Source: an uncultured Chloroflexia bacterium
GTDB lineage: Bacteria; Chloroflexota; Anaerolineae; CG2-30-64-16
NCBI GenBank assembly: GCA_963774265.1
Contig: CAVZDU010000002.1
Span: 192,001 to 256,000 of the forward strand
Length of the DNA: 64,000 bases
Reading direction: 5' to 3'
Positions 38,443 to 49,131 of the stretch are shown here, piece by piece. The notes under the pieces are model-generated. The model saw only the letters and a program-made list of their open reading frames with translations. It had not been told where the DNA came from and made no database searches. How positions within the stretch are numbered: the stretch's first letter is position 1; each line of letters starts with the position of its first letter. A program made the position numbers and the translations under genes.

Positions 38443-40425
38443 TTACGGCTGAGCCGCGTGGCGGAACTGCGTTTCGTACAGGGCAGCATACAGGCCGCCC
38501 TGAGCCAGTAGCTCTGCGTGGGTCCCGCGCTCAACCAGGCGTCCTTTCTCAAGCACCAAGATCACATCTGCTGCCAAGATGGTGCTGAGCCGATGGGCGA
38601 TCACCAGGCTGGTCCGCCCCTCCATGATCCGCTCGAGCGCCTCCTGAATCAGGGCCTCAGACTGGCTGTCGAGTGACGATGTCGCCTCATCCAGAACCAG
38701 GATACGTGGATCCTTAAGGATCACGCGCGCAATAGCCACCCGCTGCTTTTCGCCACCCGACAGCCTGTATCCACGGTTGCCAACCACTGTGTCATATCCC
38801 TCAGGCATGTCCATGATGTAGTCGTGGATGTTTGCCGCCCGGCATGCGGCCTCGATCTCAGCATCCGTCGCGTCTGACCGCGCATACAGCAAATTCGCGC
38901 GGATGGTGTCATTGAAGAGATAGGTTTCCTGGGTCACCATGCCAATCTGGCTTGCCAGGGTTTCCAGGGTCAGGTTGCGCAGATCGTGGCCATCGATGCA
39001 GATCGTCCCCCCGGTCGGATCATACAGCCGCGGCAACAGATAGGTGATCGTCGTCTTTCCCGCACCACTTGGGCCCACCAGCGCGGCCAGTTGCCCAGGC
39101 CTCACCTCGAACGACACATCGCGCAGCGCCCAACGCATCCCCTGTAAGGCCTCGCCCTCGTCGCCTTCTGAAGCGCTCAGAGCGTCACCCCTGGCCTCGC
39201 GCTTCACCAATTTCCCGCCCTCCTGCGACAGTGGCACGTCCATCCCCCGACCGCCCCAACCGAATCGGGCCACTTCGGTGAGACCTACAGCCCCAACGTC
39301 GGGCACGTTCTCGCCAGGTTGATAGCTGAATGAGACGTCTTCAAACTGCACATATCCTTGCACCTTGTCCAGTGTGAGCGCGTCCGGTTTCTCGCGGATT
39401 TCCTCGGGCAGGTCCATGACCTCAAAGACACGCTCAAAGCTCACCAGAGAAGTGGAGATGTCCATGCGCGCGTTGGTGAGCGCAGACAGCGGCCCATACA
39501 ACAAGCCCAGATACGCGGTAAACGCAATCACGGTTCCGATGGTGAAGTGCCCCTGGAGGACGAACAGGCCGCCGACCCAGAATACCACCACAGAGCCAAC
39601 TGCGCTGACCAGGCTCACCGTGAGGAAGAACCAACGCATGAGAAGGGCGTTGCGAACGCCCGCCCAACGCACCCGCTCCGCGCGCGAACGAAATCGCGCG
39701 ACCTCAGATATCGCACGGCCGAAGAGCTTGACGAGCAGCGCGCCAGAGACATTCAGCGTCTCGTCCATCATCGCATTCATTTCGGCGTTGAGCGTCATCT
39801 GCTCGCGCACCACGGCGCGCACCTGCCGGCCCAGCACGCGAGCGGGAATGAGGAAGAGCGGAAGCACTGCTGTAGCCAAGAGCGTGAGTCGCCAGTCCAA
39901 CTGCAGCATGATAACCAAGGCGCTGACCAGGGTAATGACATTGGTGAACAGGTCGACGAAGGTGCCCGACACTGCACGCTGAGCGCCGATGACGTCGTTG
40001 TTCAGCCGCGACATGAGTTCACCCGTCTTGGTGTTCGTGAAAAAACGTAGTGACATGGTGTGCAGATGGCTGAACAGCGCGGTGCGCAAATCGCTGATGA
40101 TCCCCTCGCCCACCGTTGCGCTGAGATATCGCTGCGCCACTCCCAATAATCCGGTCACCAGCGGCACGGCGAGCATTCCCAGGGCCAACATGGTCAACCG
40201 CCGCAGATCCCGGTCCGGCAGTGCCCGATCGATCAGGTCCCGGGTTAACAACGGCGGAATCAAGTTTAGCCCCGTAGTCACCAGGATCAATGCCAACATC
40301 ACCGCTATCCGGCCTGCGTACGGCTGCGCATACCGCAGCGCCCGGCGCAGGAGCGGTCCGCTGATTGCAGGTCGATCCACCTTCTCGTCGTATCGGATGA
40401 AACTCCACCACCCGCCGTCGTGCAT
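38443..40425 (-). CDS. ABC exporter, fused permease/ATP-binding (MdlB/MsbA-like)
   Basis: Six-TM domain, GPSGAGKTT, LSGGEKQR, LDEATSSLD, IAHRLST. Promoter TTGACC-N17-TATGAT at 40489-40461. Confidence 0.94.
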   Translation of the reverse strand: MHDGGWWSFIRYDEKVDRPAISGPLLRRALRYAQPYAGRIAVMLALILVTTGLNLIPPLLTRDLIDRALPDRDLRRLTMLALGMLAVPLVTGLLGVAQRYLSATVGEGIISDLRTALFSHLHTMSLRFFTNTKTGELMSRLNNDVIGAQRAVSGTFVDLFTNVITLVSALVIMLQLDWRLTLLATAVLPLFLIPARVLGRQVRAVVREQMTLNAEMNAMMDETLNVSGALLVKLFGRAISEVARFRSRAERVRWAGVRNALLMRWFFLTVSLVSAVGSVVVFWVGGLFVLQGHFTIGTVIAFTAYLGLLYGPLSALTNARMDISTSLVSFERVFEVMDLPEEIREKPDALTLDKVQGYVQFEDVSFSYQPGENVPDVGAVGLTEVARFGWGGRGMDVPLSQEGGKLVKREARGDALSASEGDEGEALQGMRWALRDVSFEVRPGQLAALVGPSGAGKTTITYLLPRLYDPTGGTICIDGHDLRNLTLETLASQIGMVTQETYLFNDTIRANLLYARSDATDAEIEAACRAANIHDYIMDMPEGYDTVVGNRGYRLSGGEKQRVAIARVILKDPRILVLDEATSSLDSQSEALIQEALERIMEGRTSLVIAHRLSTILAADVILVLEKGRLVERGTHAELLAQGGLYAALYETQFRHAAQP

Positions 40426-40494
40426 GCTCGCGCCCCTCTCTGGTTGACAATACCGGAGCCATCATAACTGTCTGCCTGCGCCAGGTCAACCCGC

Positions 40495-40538
40495 CGAGCG
40501 AGCGTGCGATCGAGCGAGCGTGCGATCGTGCGAGCGAT
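40495..40538. repeat. Short intergenic tandem repeat
   Basis: CGAGCGAGCGTGCGAT x2 plus a degenerate third unit. Confidence 0.7.
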
Positions 40539-40712
40539 GCCCCATGCCGTGCGCAAAAGAGGCCAGTCCACGTCCTCAGGCGCGTTGCGGCTCTTGTGTC
40601 AAATATGACGAACGTTCTTGCCAGCCGCTCCACTTTCGATTATATTACCCTTGGAACCTCACAATTGGGCGACGACGCCCAACAGATACCTTTACCCCAA
40701 GGAGACGTGGCA

Positions 40713-41778
40713 ATGCACAAGAAGCTGTTCATCCCCGGCCCAACCGAAGTGCGGGAGGAAATCCTCCAGGCCATGGCCACCCCGATGATCGGCCACCGGT
40801 CCTCGGCTTACGCCGAATTGCATCAAAATGTCGAAACAAAGGTCAAGACCCTTCTAAACGCCAGCCGACGGGTATTCCTCTTTACCTCCGCGTCAACGGG
40901 CGTTATGGAAGGCGCCATCCGCAACTGCGTTGGGAAGAAGGTGCTCAACACCCTCAATGGTGAGTTTTCCCGGCGCTGGTTTGAAATTGCCAAGACTTGT
41001 GGCGTGCAGGCCGGGACGGTCGAGGTCGAGCCCGGGAAAGCCGTGACTCCGGAGTTGGTTGACGCGGCTCTGGCGACTGGTGAATACGACACCCTCTGCC
41101 TCACCTATAACGAAACCTCCACCGGCATCCTTGGCCCTGTGCCGGAGATCGCCAAACTGGTGCGCGAGAAGTACCCGGAAATCATCATCATGGTCGACTC
41201 CGTGTCGTGCATGGCCGGCACACCCATCGATTTTGACGGCTGGGGCCTCGACGTGTGCCTTGCGGGCGTCCAGAAATGCTTCGCACTCCCGCCCGGCTTT
41301 GCCGTCTGCGCGGTGAGTGAACGCGCCTTCGAGCGCGCCAAAACGATCCCCTTCCGCGGCTACTATTTCGACTTCATCGAGAACGAGAAGTACGCCGTCA
41401 AGTTCAACACCCCGGCCACACCCGGCATCAGCTTCTTGTTCGCCATGGACAAGCAGATGGACGCGATGTTCGCCGAAGGGCTGGAGAATCGTTATGCCGC
41501 GACACCTGGAGATGGCCCGGTACACTCGTGCATGGGGCAAGAAGCACTTTGGCCTCTTCGGTGACGAAAAGTATCTCTCACCAACCATCACCCACATCGT
41601 GAACAACGGTTTTGATTTCGGTGCGCTAAATAAAGAGCTGGGCAAGCGCGGCGCACAGATCTCCGACGGCTATGGCCCATTCAAGGGCAAGACCTTCCGC
41701 ATCGGCCACATGGGCGACTTGACCATGGAAGACGTCACGTGGCTGACTGCGCAGATTGACGATATTCTCAAGTTATAA
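40713..41778 (+). CDS. Class V aminotransferase (serine-pyruvate/alanine-glyoxylate; possible phosphoserine aminotransferase), frameshift near 41498
   Basis: LFIPGPT, IGHRS, NETSTG, DSVS, GVQKCFALPPG, TFRIGHMG. Confidence 0.9.
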
Positions 41779-41804
41779 GAACCCACGCACTTTAGGAGAG
41801 CAAT

Positions 41805-42716
41805 ATGAAGGTCTTGGTATGTGATTCTATCTCCCCGCGTGCGGTTGAACGCATGCGCACTGCCGGACTGGATGTCGACGTCCAGGACAAAATCACGCCC
41901 GAGGATTTGCTGGAAACCATCGCACCCTATGATGCCATAGTCGTGCGCTCCCGAACCAAGGTTCGCAAACCAGTCATCGACAGAGCGTCAAATCTCAAAG
42001 TCGTCGTGCGCGGCGGCGTCGGTGTGGATAATATTGACGTGGCCTACGCCGAAGCCAAGGGTATCCGCATCATGAACACGCCCGGTGCGAGCACCCAAGC
42101 CGTTGCTGAACTGACCATCGCTTACATGTTCGCACTGGCCCGGCCTCTCGTGCAGGCCACTGACTCTATGCGCGCGGGATTGTGGGAGAAATCCAAGTTC
42201 GAGGGAACCGAGGTCGCGGGCAAGGTGTTGGGCATCGTCGGCATGGGACGTATCGGCGCCGCCGTCGCGCAACGCGCTGCCGCTCTGGGCATGTTGGTCC
42301 TGGGCTATGACAGCCGCACCGTAGGCACGGCTCCCTACATGCATATGGTCGAGTTGGATGAGTTGTACCAGAAGGCCGACTTTATCACGCTTCACATTCC
42401 ACTCAACGAATCGTCCAAACACATGCTTAACGCCGAAATCCTCGCCAAAATGAAGAAAGGCGTGCGGATTATCGACTGTGCGCGCGGGGGCGTTATCGAT
42501 GAGACTGCGCTCTACGACGCGATTGTGGCGGGTCAGGTGGCCGGCGCCGCTCTGGACGTCTTCGAGAACGAGCCCTTGACCGATCGTAAGCTCTTCGAAT
42601 TGCCCCAGGTTATCGGCTCGCCTCATATCGGCGCGGGCACTAAGGAGGCTACCGGCCGGATCGGAGATGAAGTAGCCGATCTGCTGATCCAGGTCAGCCA
42701 GGAACCGTGTAGTTAG
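41805..42716 (+). CDS. serA: D-3-phosphoglycerate dehydrogenase, short form without ACT domain
   Basis: VRSRTKV, GVGVDNIDV, GMGRIG, CARGG, ALDVF, PHIGA.T.EA. Confidence 0.85.
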   Translation: MKVLVCDSISPRAVERMRTAGLDVDVQDKITPEDLLETIAPYDAIVVRSRTKVRKPVIDRASNLKVVVRGGVGVDNIDVAYAEAKGIRIMNTPGASTQAVAELTIAYMFALARPLVQATDSMRAGLWEKSKFEGTEVAGKVLGIVGMGRIGAAVAQRAAALGMLVLGYDSRTVGTAPYMHMVELDELYQKADFITLHIPLNESSKHMLNAEILAKMKKGVRIIDCARGGVIDETALYDAIVAGQVAGAALDVFENEPLTDRKLFELPQVIGSPHIGAGTKEATGRIGDEVADLLIQVSQEPCS

Positions 42717-42727
42717 TGGTTTTGTTT

Positions 42728-42796
42728 CCACAAAGACACAATGGAGCGAAGGCGCACGAGGACCTGTTCGCATTTCGTTTCTTAGTGTCTTTGTGG
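42728..42796. repeat. REP-like intergenic palindrome
   Basis: CCACAAAGACAC ... GTGTCTTTGTGG perfect 12-bp inverted repeat with periodic CAC.AAG-like internal units. Confidence 0.7.
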
Positions 42797-42831
42797 TGAA
42801 TCGACCTTACCAACAGAAACAAGGGGCGTCC

Positions 42832-44138
42832 ATGACCAACGGTGTTCAGATTCCCACCGTCCTCCTGCCAAAGCCCGGCGTGGATCTCCACAAATGGGCC
42901 GTGATTGCGTGCGATCAATTCACATCAGAGCCCGAGTACTGGGCTGATGTGGCCACCATCGTCGGCGGAGATCCATCCACCTACCACATCATCCTTCCAG
43001 AGGTCTACCTCGACTCTCCCGAAGAGAGCGCGCGTGTTCGTTCCATCCGTGACACCATGCGCGATTATCTGGAACGCGGCCTGTTTGAGGAATTCTTTGG
43101 GATCGTCCTGGTCGAGCGTACGGCCGGTGGAAAGACGAGGCGCGGCCTCATGCTGGCGTTGGATCTTGAGCATTACGATTACTCAAAGGGTTCCACGAGC
43201 CTGATCCGCGCGACCGAAGGCACGATCCTCGAACGCATCCCACCGCGCGTGCGCATCCGCTCCGGAGCGCCGCTCGAGCTGCCCCACATCCTCGTTCTCA
43301 TCGACGACCCCGATGGAACCATCATCGAACCGCTTGTTGCTCGGCGCAAGAGTCTGCGCCAGCTTTACGATTTTGACCTGATGCTGGGCAGTGGCCACCT
43401 CACCGGCTATGCGGTTGATGAGGCGCAGATGCAGACATCCACCATGGCTGCACTGGGGCGACTTGGCGATCCTGACGTTTTCTCGAAAAGGTACGACGTT
43501 GCCCCCCGAGACACCTCCGCTGGTTTTCGCGATGGGTGACGGCAATCACTCGCTTGCCACGGCCAAGGCCATCTGGGAAGATGTCAAGGGGAAAGTCGGG
43601 ATGGACCATCCGGCCCGCTTCGCGCTGGTCGAGATCGAGAACATCCACGATGCAGGCCTGGAGTTCGAGCCGATCCACCGTGTGCTCTTCGACGTTCAAG
43701 CGCGACCTGGTAGCGGACCTGCGCGATTACTACACCGACCGTTGTCACCTGGTGCCGTGCGCTACCAGCCAGACCATGATCGACTTGGTGAACCACGAAG
43801 AGCGGCCCGAGCACACCTTCGGGGTCGTGTCGCCCTCCGGCTGCCACGTGGCCTACGTCGCCGATCCACCGAGCAACCTGCCTGTGGGAACGCTGCAGTC
43901 CTTCCTGGATGCGTGGGGCAAGGCAGGGGGATTCGGCAAAATCGACTACGTCCACGGCACCGACGTGGCTGTGCGCCTGGGCTCTCAGCCGGGGAACCTG
44001 GGCTTCTATCTTCCGGCCATCGACAAGTCCAGTTTCTTCAAGACGGTCATTCTCGATGGTGCATTGCCGCGCAAGACGTTCTCCATGGGCGAAGCGAAAG
44101 ACAAACGCTTCTACATGGAGGCGCGGCGCATTGACTGA
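42832..44138 (+). CDS. DUF1015 family protein (two frameshifts near 43505 and 43697)
   Basis: WAVIACDQFTS, IRATEGTI..RIPPR, FAMGDGNHSLATAK, LPRKTFSMGEA..KRFYME across three ORFs. Confidence 0.88.
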
Positions 44139-44250
44139 GCGGCGCAGCTCTCCGTAACGGTCTCGCCCGGTCAGCAGGAGGCGCCTTTGGCGTCAACACC
44201 GTTTATCGTATCGTCCATCCACCACACTTCAGCCATCAGGGAGGAAGGCT

Positions 44251-47200
44251 ATGTCTCACACTCGCAACAGGTTCCTGGCACTCGCTTTGATCCTCGTGCT
44301 GCTCACGAGCTGGCTCGCCGTACCGGCAGCCGCAGAACCTCAGGCCCCGGTCAGTTTCACGATCCTACACACCAACGACTTTCACGGCCAAATCGAATCC
44401 TCCGCCGCCCGGGTGGCACAGAAAGTCATTGACGTTCGCACGGCGGTGGGAGCGGAGAACGTCCTGCTCATGGATGCCGGCGATATTATGCAGGGCAGCC
44501 TGATTTCGAACCTACAGAAGGGTCTGCCGACCATCGACTACTACCGGACCATCGGCTATAATGCCGCGACGTTCGGGAACCATGAGTTCGACTGGGGCAA
44601 GACCGTTCTGGATGAGCGGATCGCACAAGCCGAAGCGCCCGCCACAGCCGACGAGTCACCCATGCAGATGGTGGCAGCCAATATCACCAAAAAGGATGGG
44701 AGCGGCAACTGCACATGGGAGCCTTTCAACGCTTCAGTCACTCCCTACCAGGTCTTCACGGTGGCTGGAGTGCGCGTGGGCGTGATCGGCGTGGGCTCCC
44801 TAGAGACACCCACCATCACGATCGCCGGGGCGACCGAAGGTCTGTGCTTCCGTGATCCGAAGGAGTCCATCCTCCACTACTATGACGAGCTAGATGCCGC
44901 CTCCGACGTGATCGTGGTCCTCAGCCACATCGGCTACACTGACGGCGGCTACGGCTACGGCATATCCGTCACCGGCGACCAAACACTGGCGAAGGATCTC
45001 AACACTGCGGGCAAGCCGGTCAACCTGATCATCGGCGGCCACACGCACACCGACCTAGCAGCAGCCACCGTGGTCGGCACGACTTCGATCGTGCAGGCCT
45101 ACACAGGCGGCGCGCAGGTTGGCCGTGCGAACGTGACCTATGATCCGGCCACAAGCAGCGTGACCATCGCCTGGGAGAAGATCCTTACGGCAGGTGGCGC
45201 CGAAAACCCGGCCATCAAGGCGTTGGTCGACAGCTACGTCAATGACCCGACCTACCAGGCAATGATCAACCAGGCTGTCGGATACACACAGGTAGATCTG
45301 CCTCGCTTCCGCACCGAGCGTTATGCAGGCGAGGATAACATGATGGGCGACTTCGTCGACGACGCGATCTCCGGCTGGCTGAACAGCGACGCCACGACCG
45401 AGAATGACATAGACATGTGGTTCAACAACGCAGGTGGGATCCGCGTCGACTGGTGTGACAAGGAGGATCCCGCGAACCCCGGGACCTACATCTGGTCGAA
45501 TACCCTCGCAGACTGCTCGCAATCCGGTATCTGGTCTCACGATCCAATGCTGCTGAAGTATGGACAGATGTTCCAGATCCTGCCGTTCGGCAACGTGATT
45601 ATCGTTGGGCGGATGACCGGCGCGCAGATTGCCGACTTGCTGAACCAGGCCGCCACTCTGTACAAGGGCGCGCTTCAGCCGTCCGGCATCCGCTACAAGT
45701 TCTATCGCTACTCGGACGCTCTGCCCGGGCCACAGCCATACGCCTGGGGCGCCTACGACATCGAGGTTTACGACAAGGCCACGTCTACCTGGGCCGCGCT
45801 GGACGTAACCAAGACCTACAAGGTGGGCACCAACGAGTACCTCGCACCCGCAGGCCAGGACGGGTTCGTTCCCTTCAAGTATATGACGAATATCAGCTAC
45901 TGGGGTGATATGCTGAACGCGGTCAACGAGTACGTGGCGCAGAAATACGGCACGCCAGCCACCGCCTACAAGGGGCCCAACGGCGACGGCACACTCGACA
46001 ATCGGCTTGCGCGCGACGGCGATGGCGACAACGTCTACGAAGCCGGCGAGATCGTCCCAGTGACGCTCCTGCACCACAACGATTCGCATGGCAACCTGGT
46101 CAAGGGCACCTATGTCGGCTACACGCAGCTCGCAACGCTGATCAAGCAGGAACGCGTCCATAACCCGGACCGCACGCTGCTGTTCTCCCTGGGCGACAAC
46201 ATCCAGGGCGACTCGATGATGTACTACTTCAAAAATGCTGCGCAGGGCACTGCGGCCGACGGCACCCCACTGCCGCCCACGCTCTGGCAGAACCCGTTCA
46301 TTGCCGTCATGAACGCCATGTCTTATAACGGCATGGTGCTGGGCAACCACGAGTTCAACTTTGGTGCACCGGTGTTCGACAGCACCTTTAGCCAGGCAGC
46401 CTTCCCCATCCTGGGCGCCAACGTCACCGACTCCGGCGCCTATGGGATCAATAAGGTCGGGCTCGATGCCACGGCCATGGCGCAGGGTGTCAAGGTCAAT
46501 GTACGCGACGGGCTCGAGTACACCCTGCCTTCCGGCAATCCGGCCAATCCAGAGGTGAAGATCGGCTTCCTCGGCTTGACCAACCACCGTGTGCCCAACT
46601 ACGAACTGCCGAGCAACATTCCCGGCCTGACCTTCAGCAACCCGATCGCTACGGCAAAGGCGCTGGCGCCTGTGCTGCGCGAACGGAATGACGCGGTCGT
46701 GGCGTTGACCCACATCGGGTTCACCGAAAACGCGAAGAGCGCGGAAATCGACGACAACGTGGACACCAACCTGGCGGCGGTGGTGCCAGGCATCGACGCT
46801 ATTCTGGGCAGCCACAGCCACACCGACCCATCTAAGCAGACAGACTACTCGGGCGCTTACAAGTACTTGCCGGCCGTGGTAGCCGGACCGGAGAACACGC
46901 CCGTGCTCGTCAACCAGGCGTACCGCTACAACAACACGCTGGGCGAAGTGGTGATCGGTCTGCGGGCCAAGACCGGCGGCGGCTATGAGGTCGCGAGCCG
47001 CGCAGGACGCTACATCTCGGTGGGCAGCAGCGTGGCCGAGGATGCGGCAATCAAGGCCATCGTCGATCCGTATGTGGCCGCCTTGGCTGCGTACAACAAC
47101 ACCGAGATCGGCCAGACCACCGTCCCGATCGACACGCTGAAAGCCTTCACCGAGGAGACCAACGGCGCCAACCTGCAGGCGGATGCCTCCGTGTACGTAC

Positions 47201-47833
47201 TCGAGAAGAGCGGCGTTCAGGTGGACTTCCACCTGTCCGGCGCAATGACCAACAAGAAGATCGCGGACAGCGCCACGCCGGCAAGCCCGTACACTCTCAA
47301 GATTCTCCGATATGTTCTCGGCCATGCCGTACGAAAACTCGCTGCTGGTGCTGAAGATGAACGGCCCGCAGCTCAAGACAGTGCTGGAACGCGCGTACCG
47401 TAACTACTGGTACTACAAGTACAAGGCGACCGCGGACCCGAAGTACGGCGGCTACTCCTACTACACCACCTGCATGATTGACACAGACAAGAACAACGTC
47501 ATCAAGTACCTGGACCTATACCCGCAGTTGCCAAACGGTCACAACGTCGTCTCCCTGACGATCAGCGGCACGCCGGTGGACTTCACAGACGCGACCAAGT
47601 TCTACAACGTCTCGACGGTGAACTACCTGGCCGCCGGATCATGCAACTTCAACGACGCAGGCAAGAGCCTGTGGCCACTCGACCAAATCGTGGCTGACAC
47701 GCAGCTCTACGTGCGTGATGCTGTGATTGACTATGTCAAAGCACAGACCGGCCCGATTGCCCCCGCAATCGAAGGGCGTCTGCAATTCGTGACGTTGGGC
47801 AACCAGGTCTTCCTACCGCTGGTTTGGAAGTAG
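44251..47833 (+). CDS. Secreted two-module 5'-nucleotidase / 2',3'-cyclic phosphodiesterase (frameshift near 47305)
   Basis: Signal peptide; HTNDFHG/DAGD/GNHEFD/GGHTH and HHNDSHG/GDNIQG/GNHEFN/GSHSH; two 5'-NT C-terminal domains. Confidence 0.9.
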
Positions 47834-47857
47834 ACTCGACACCTGATGGCTTACAGC

Positions 47858-47888
47858 CGCAGCACCGGTGCAAGTCACCGGTGCTGCG
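47858..47888 (+). terminator. Strong hairpin after the nucleotidase gene
   Basis: CGCAGCACCGGTG/CACCGGTGCTGCG 13-bp stem, no U tract. Confidence 0.6.
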
Positions 47889-47932
47889 CGGAGGCACCAG
47901 GCTAACACCACAGCGCAGAATTGAGTAGAATT

Positions 47933-48952
47933 ATGTCGATCGCAGCCCATCTCCCTTCTTATCCACTCGCCTTCCTGCCCACCCCCTTGCATCCACTGCC
48001 TCAGCTCAATGCATGGCTCCGGGAACAGGGTGTTGCCGCAGAACTCTGGATCAAACGCGATGACCAGACCGGGCTCGCGTTTGGCGGAAACAAAACGCGC
48101 AAGCTGGAGTTTCTTCTGGGCGACGCATTCGCGCGGGGATGCGACACGCTAATCACCACCGGTGCGACACAGTCGAACCACTGCCGGCAAACCGCGGCCG
48201 CGGCTGCGCAGGCAGGGTTGGACTGCCACTTGGTGCTCGGCGGACAGCCGCCTGATTCACCGAACGGGAACCTTTTGCTCGATACGCTATTGGGTGCAAC
48301 GCTGCATTGGACCACGCGCGAGAACCGGATCAATCGATTGCGCGAGGTTGAAGCGGAATTACTTGCGGCAGGGCGACGCCCCTACTTCATCACCTACGGC
48401 GGCTCGGATCCCATAGGCGCGTCGGGCTATGCGCTTGCGCTGGAAGAAGTCCTGCAGCAGGCACGTGATCTCACGGTTGATTTCGATGTGATTGTCGTGG
48501 CTTCCAGCTCGGGCGGCACGCAAGCAGGCCTGGTGGCGGGCGCATCTGCGCTTGGCTCTCAGGTCTCCGTGCTGGGTGTTAGCATTGACGAGCCGCAGGA
48601 ACATCTGCAGCAACACGTCGCGGCCCTGGCGACCGACACCGCCATGCATATGGGGCATCCCCATTCTTTTGCCCCTGCCGACATCTTTGTAGATGCCGCA
48701 TACCTGGGCGGCGGATATGGCGTCATGGGCGACTTGGAGCGCGAGGCAATCCGGCTTATGGCACAAACTGAGGGCATCCTGTTGGACCCGGTCTACACCG
48801 GCCGTGCGTTCGGAGGGCTGCTCGACATCCTTCGACGCACTCCCCGCCGCCTACTGCCTAAGGATCGACAGGGTCGCATCCTCTTCTGGCACACGGGCGG
48901 GGCGCCTGCGCTTTTTGCGTATACTGAAGACCTCAAACAACCGACGCCTTAG
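47933..48952 (+). CDS. D-cysteine desulfhydrase / ACC deaminase family PLP enzyme
   Basis: KRDD.TG.AFGGNKTRKLE, QSNH, SSGGT, LDPVYTG, FWHTGG. Confidence 0.92.
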   Translation: MSIAAHLPSYPLAFLPTPLHPLPQLNAWLREQGVAAELWIKRDDQTGLAFGGNKTRKLEFLLGDAFARGCDTLITTGATQSNHCRQTAAAAAQAGLDCHLVLGGQPPDSPNGNLLLDTLLGATLHWTTRENRINRLREVEAELLAAGRRPYFITYGGSDPIGASGYALALEEVLQQARDLTVDFDVIVVASSSGGTQAGLVAGASALGSQVSVLGVSIDEPQEHLQQHVAALATDTAMHMGHPHSFAPADIFVDAAYLGGGYGVMGDLEREAIRLMAQTEGILLDPVYTGRAFGGLLDILRRTPRRLLPKDRQGRILFWHTGGAPALFAYTEDLKQPTP

Positions 48953-49131
48953 CATGATCTAAGCGGCCCCTCGGTGAACCGCGCCTCCTGATGAGTCCAG
49001 CCATCGATTGCCGCCTGGAGCAACACGATGGCGCAACCGCCTTCTTGTCGGGTTCCTTAAGGTGTTGTACTCGCGCGCGTTGTGCGCTATACTGGTGACG
49101 TGGGCTTTCATCCCACTGGCAGGGGCTTCTG

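Noticed and set aside
45055-47376. 773-aa minus-strand ORF
   Set aside because: Antisense shadow of the nucleotidase gene caused by codon bias.
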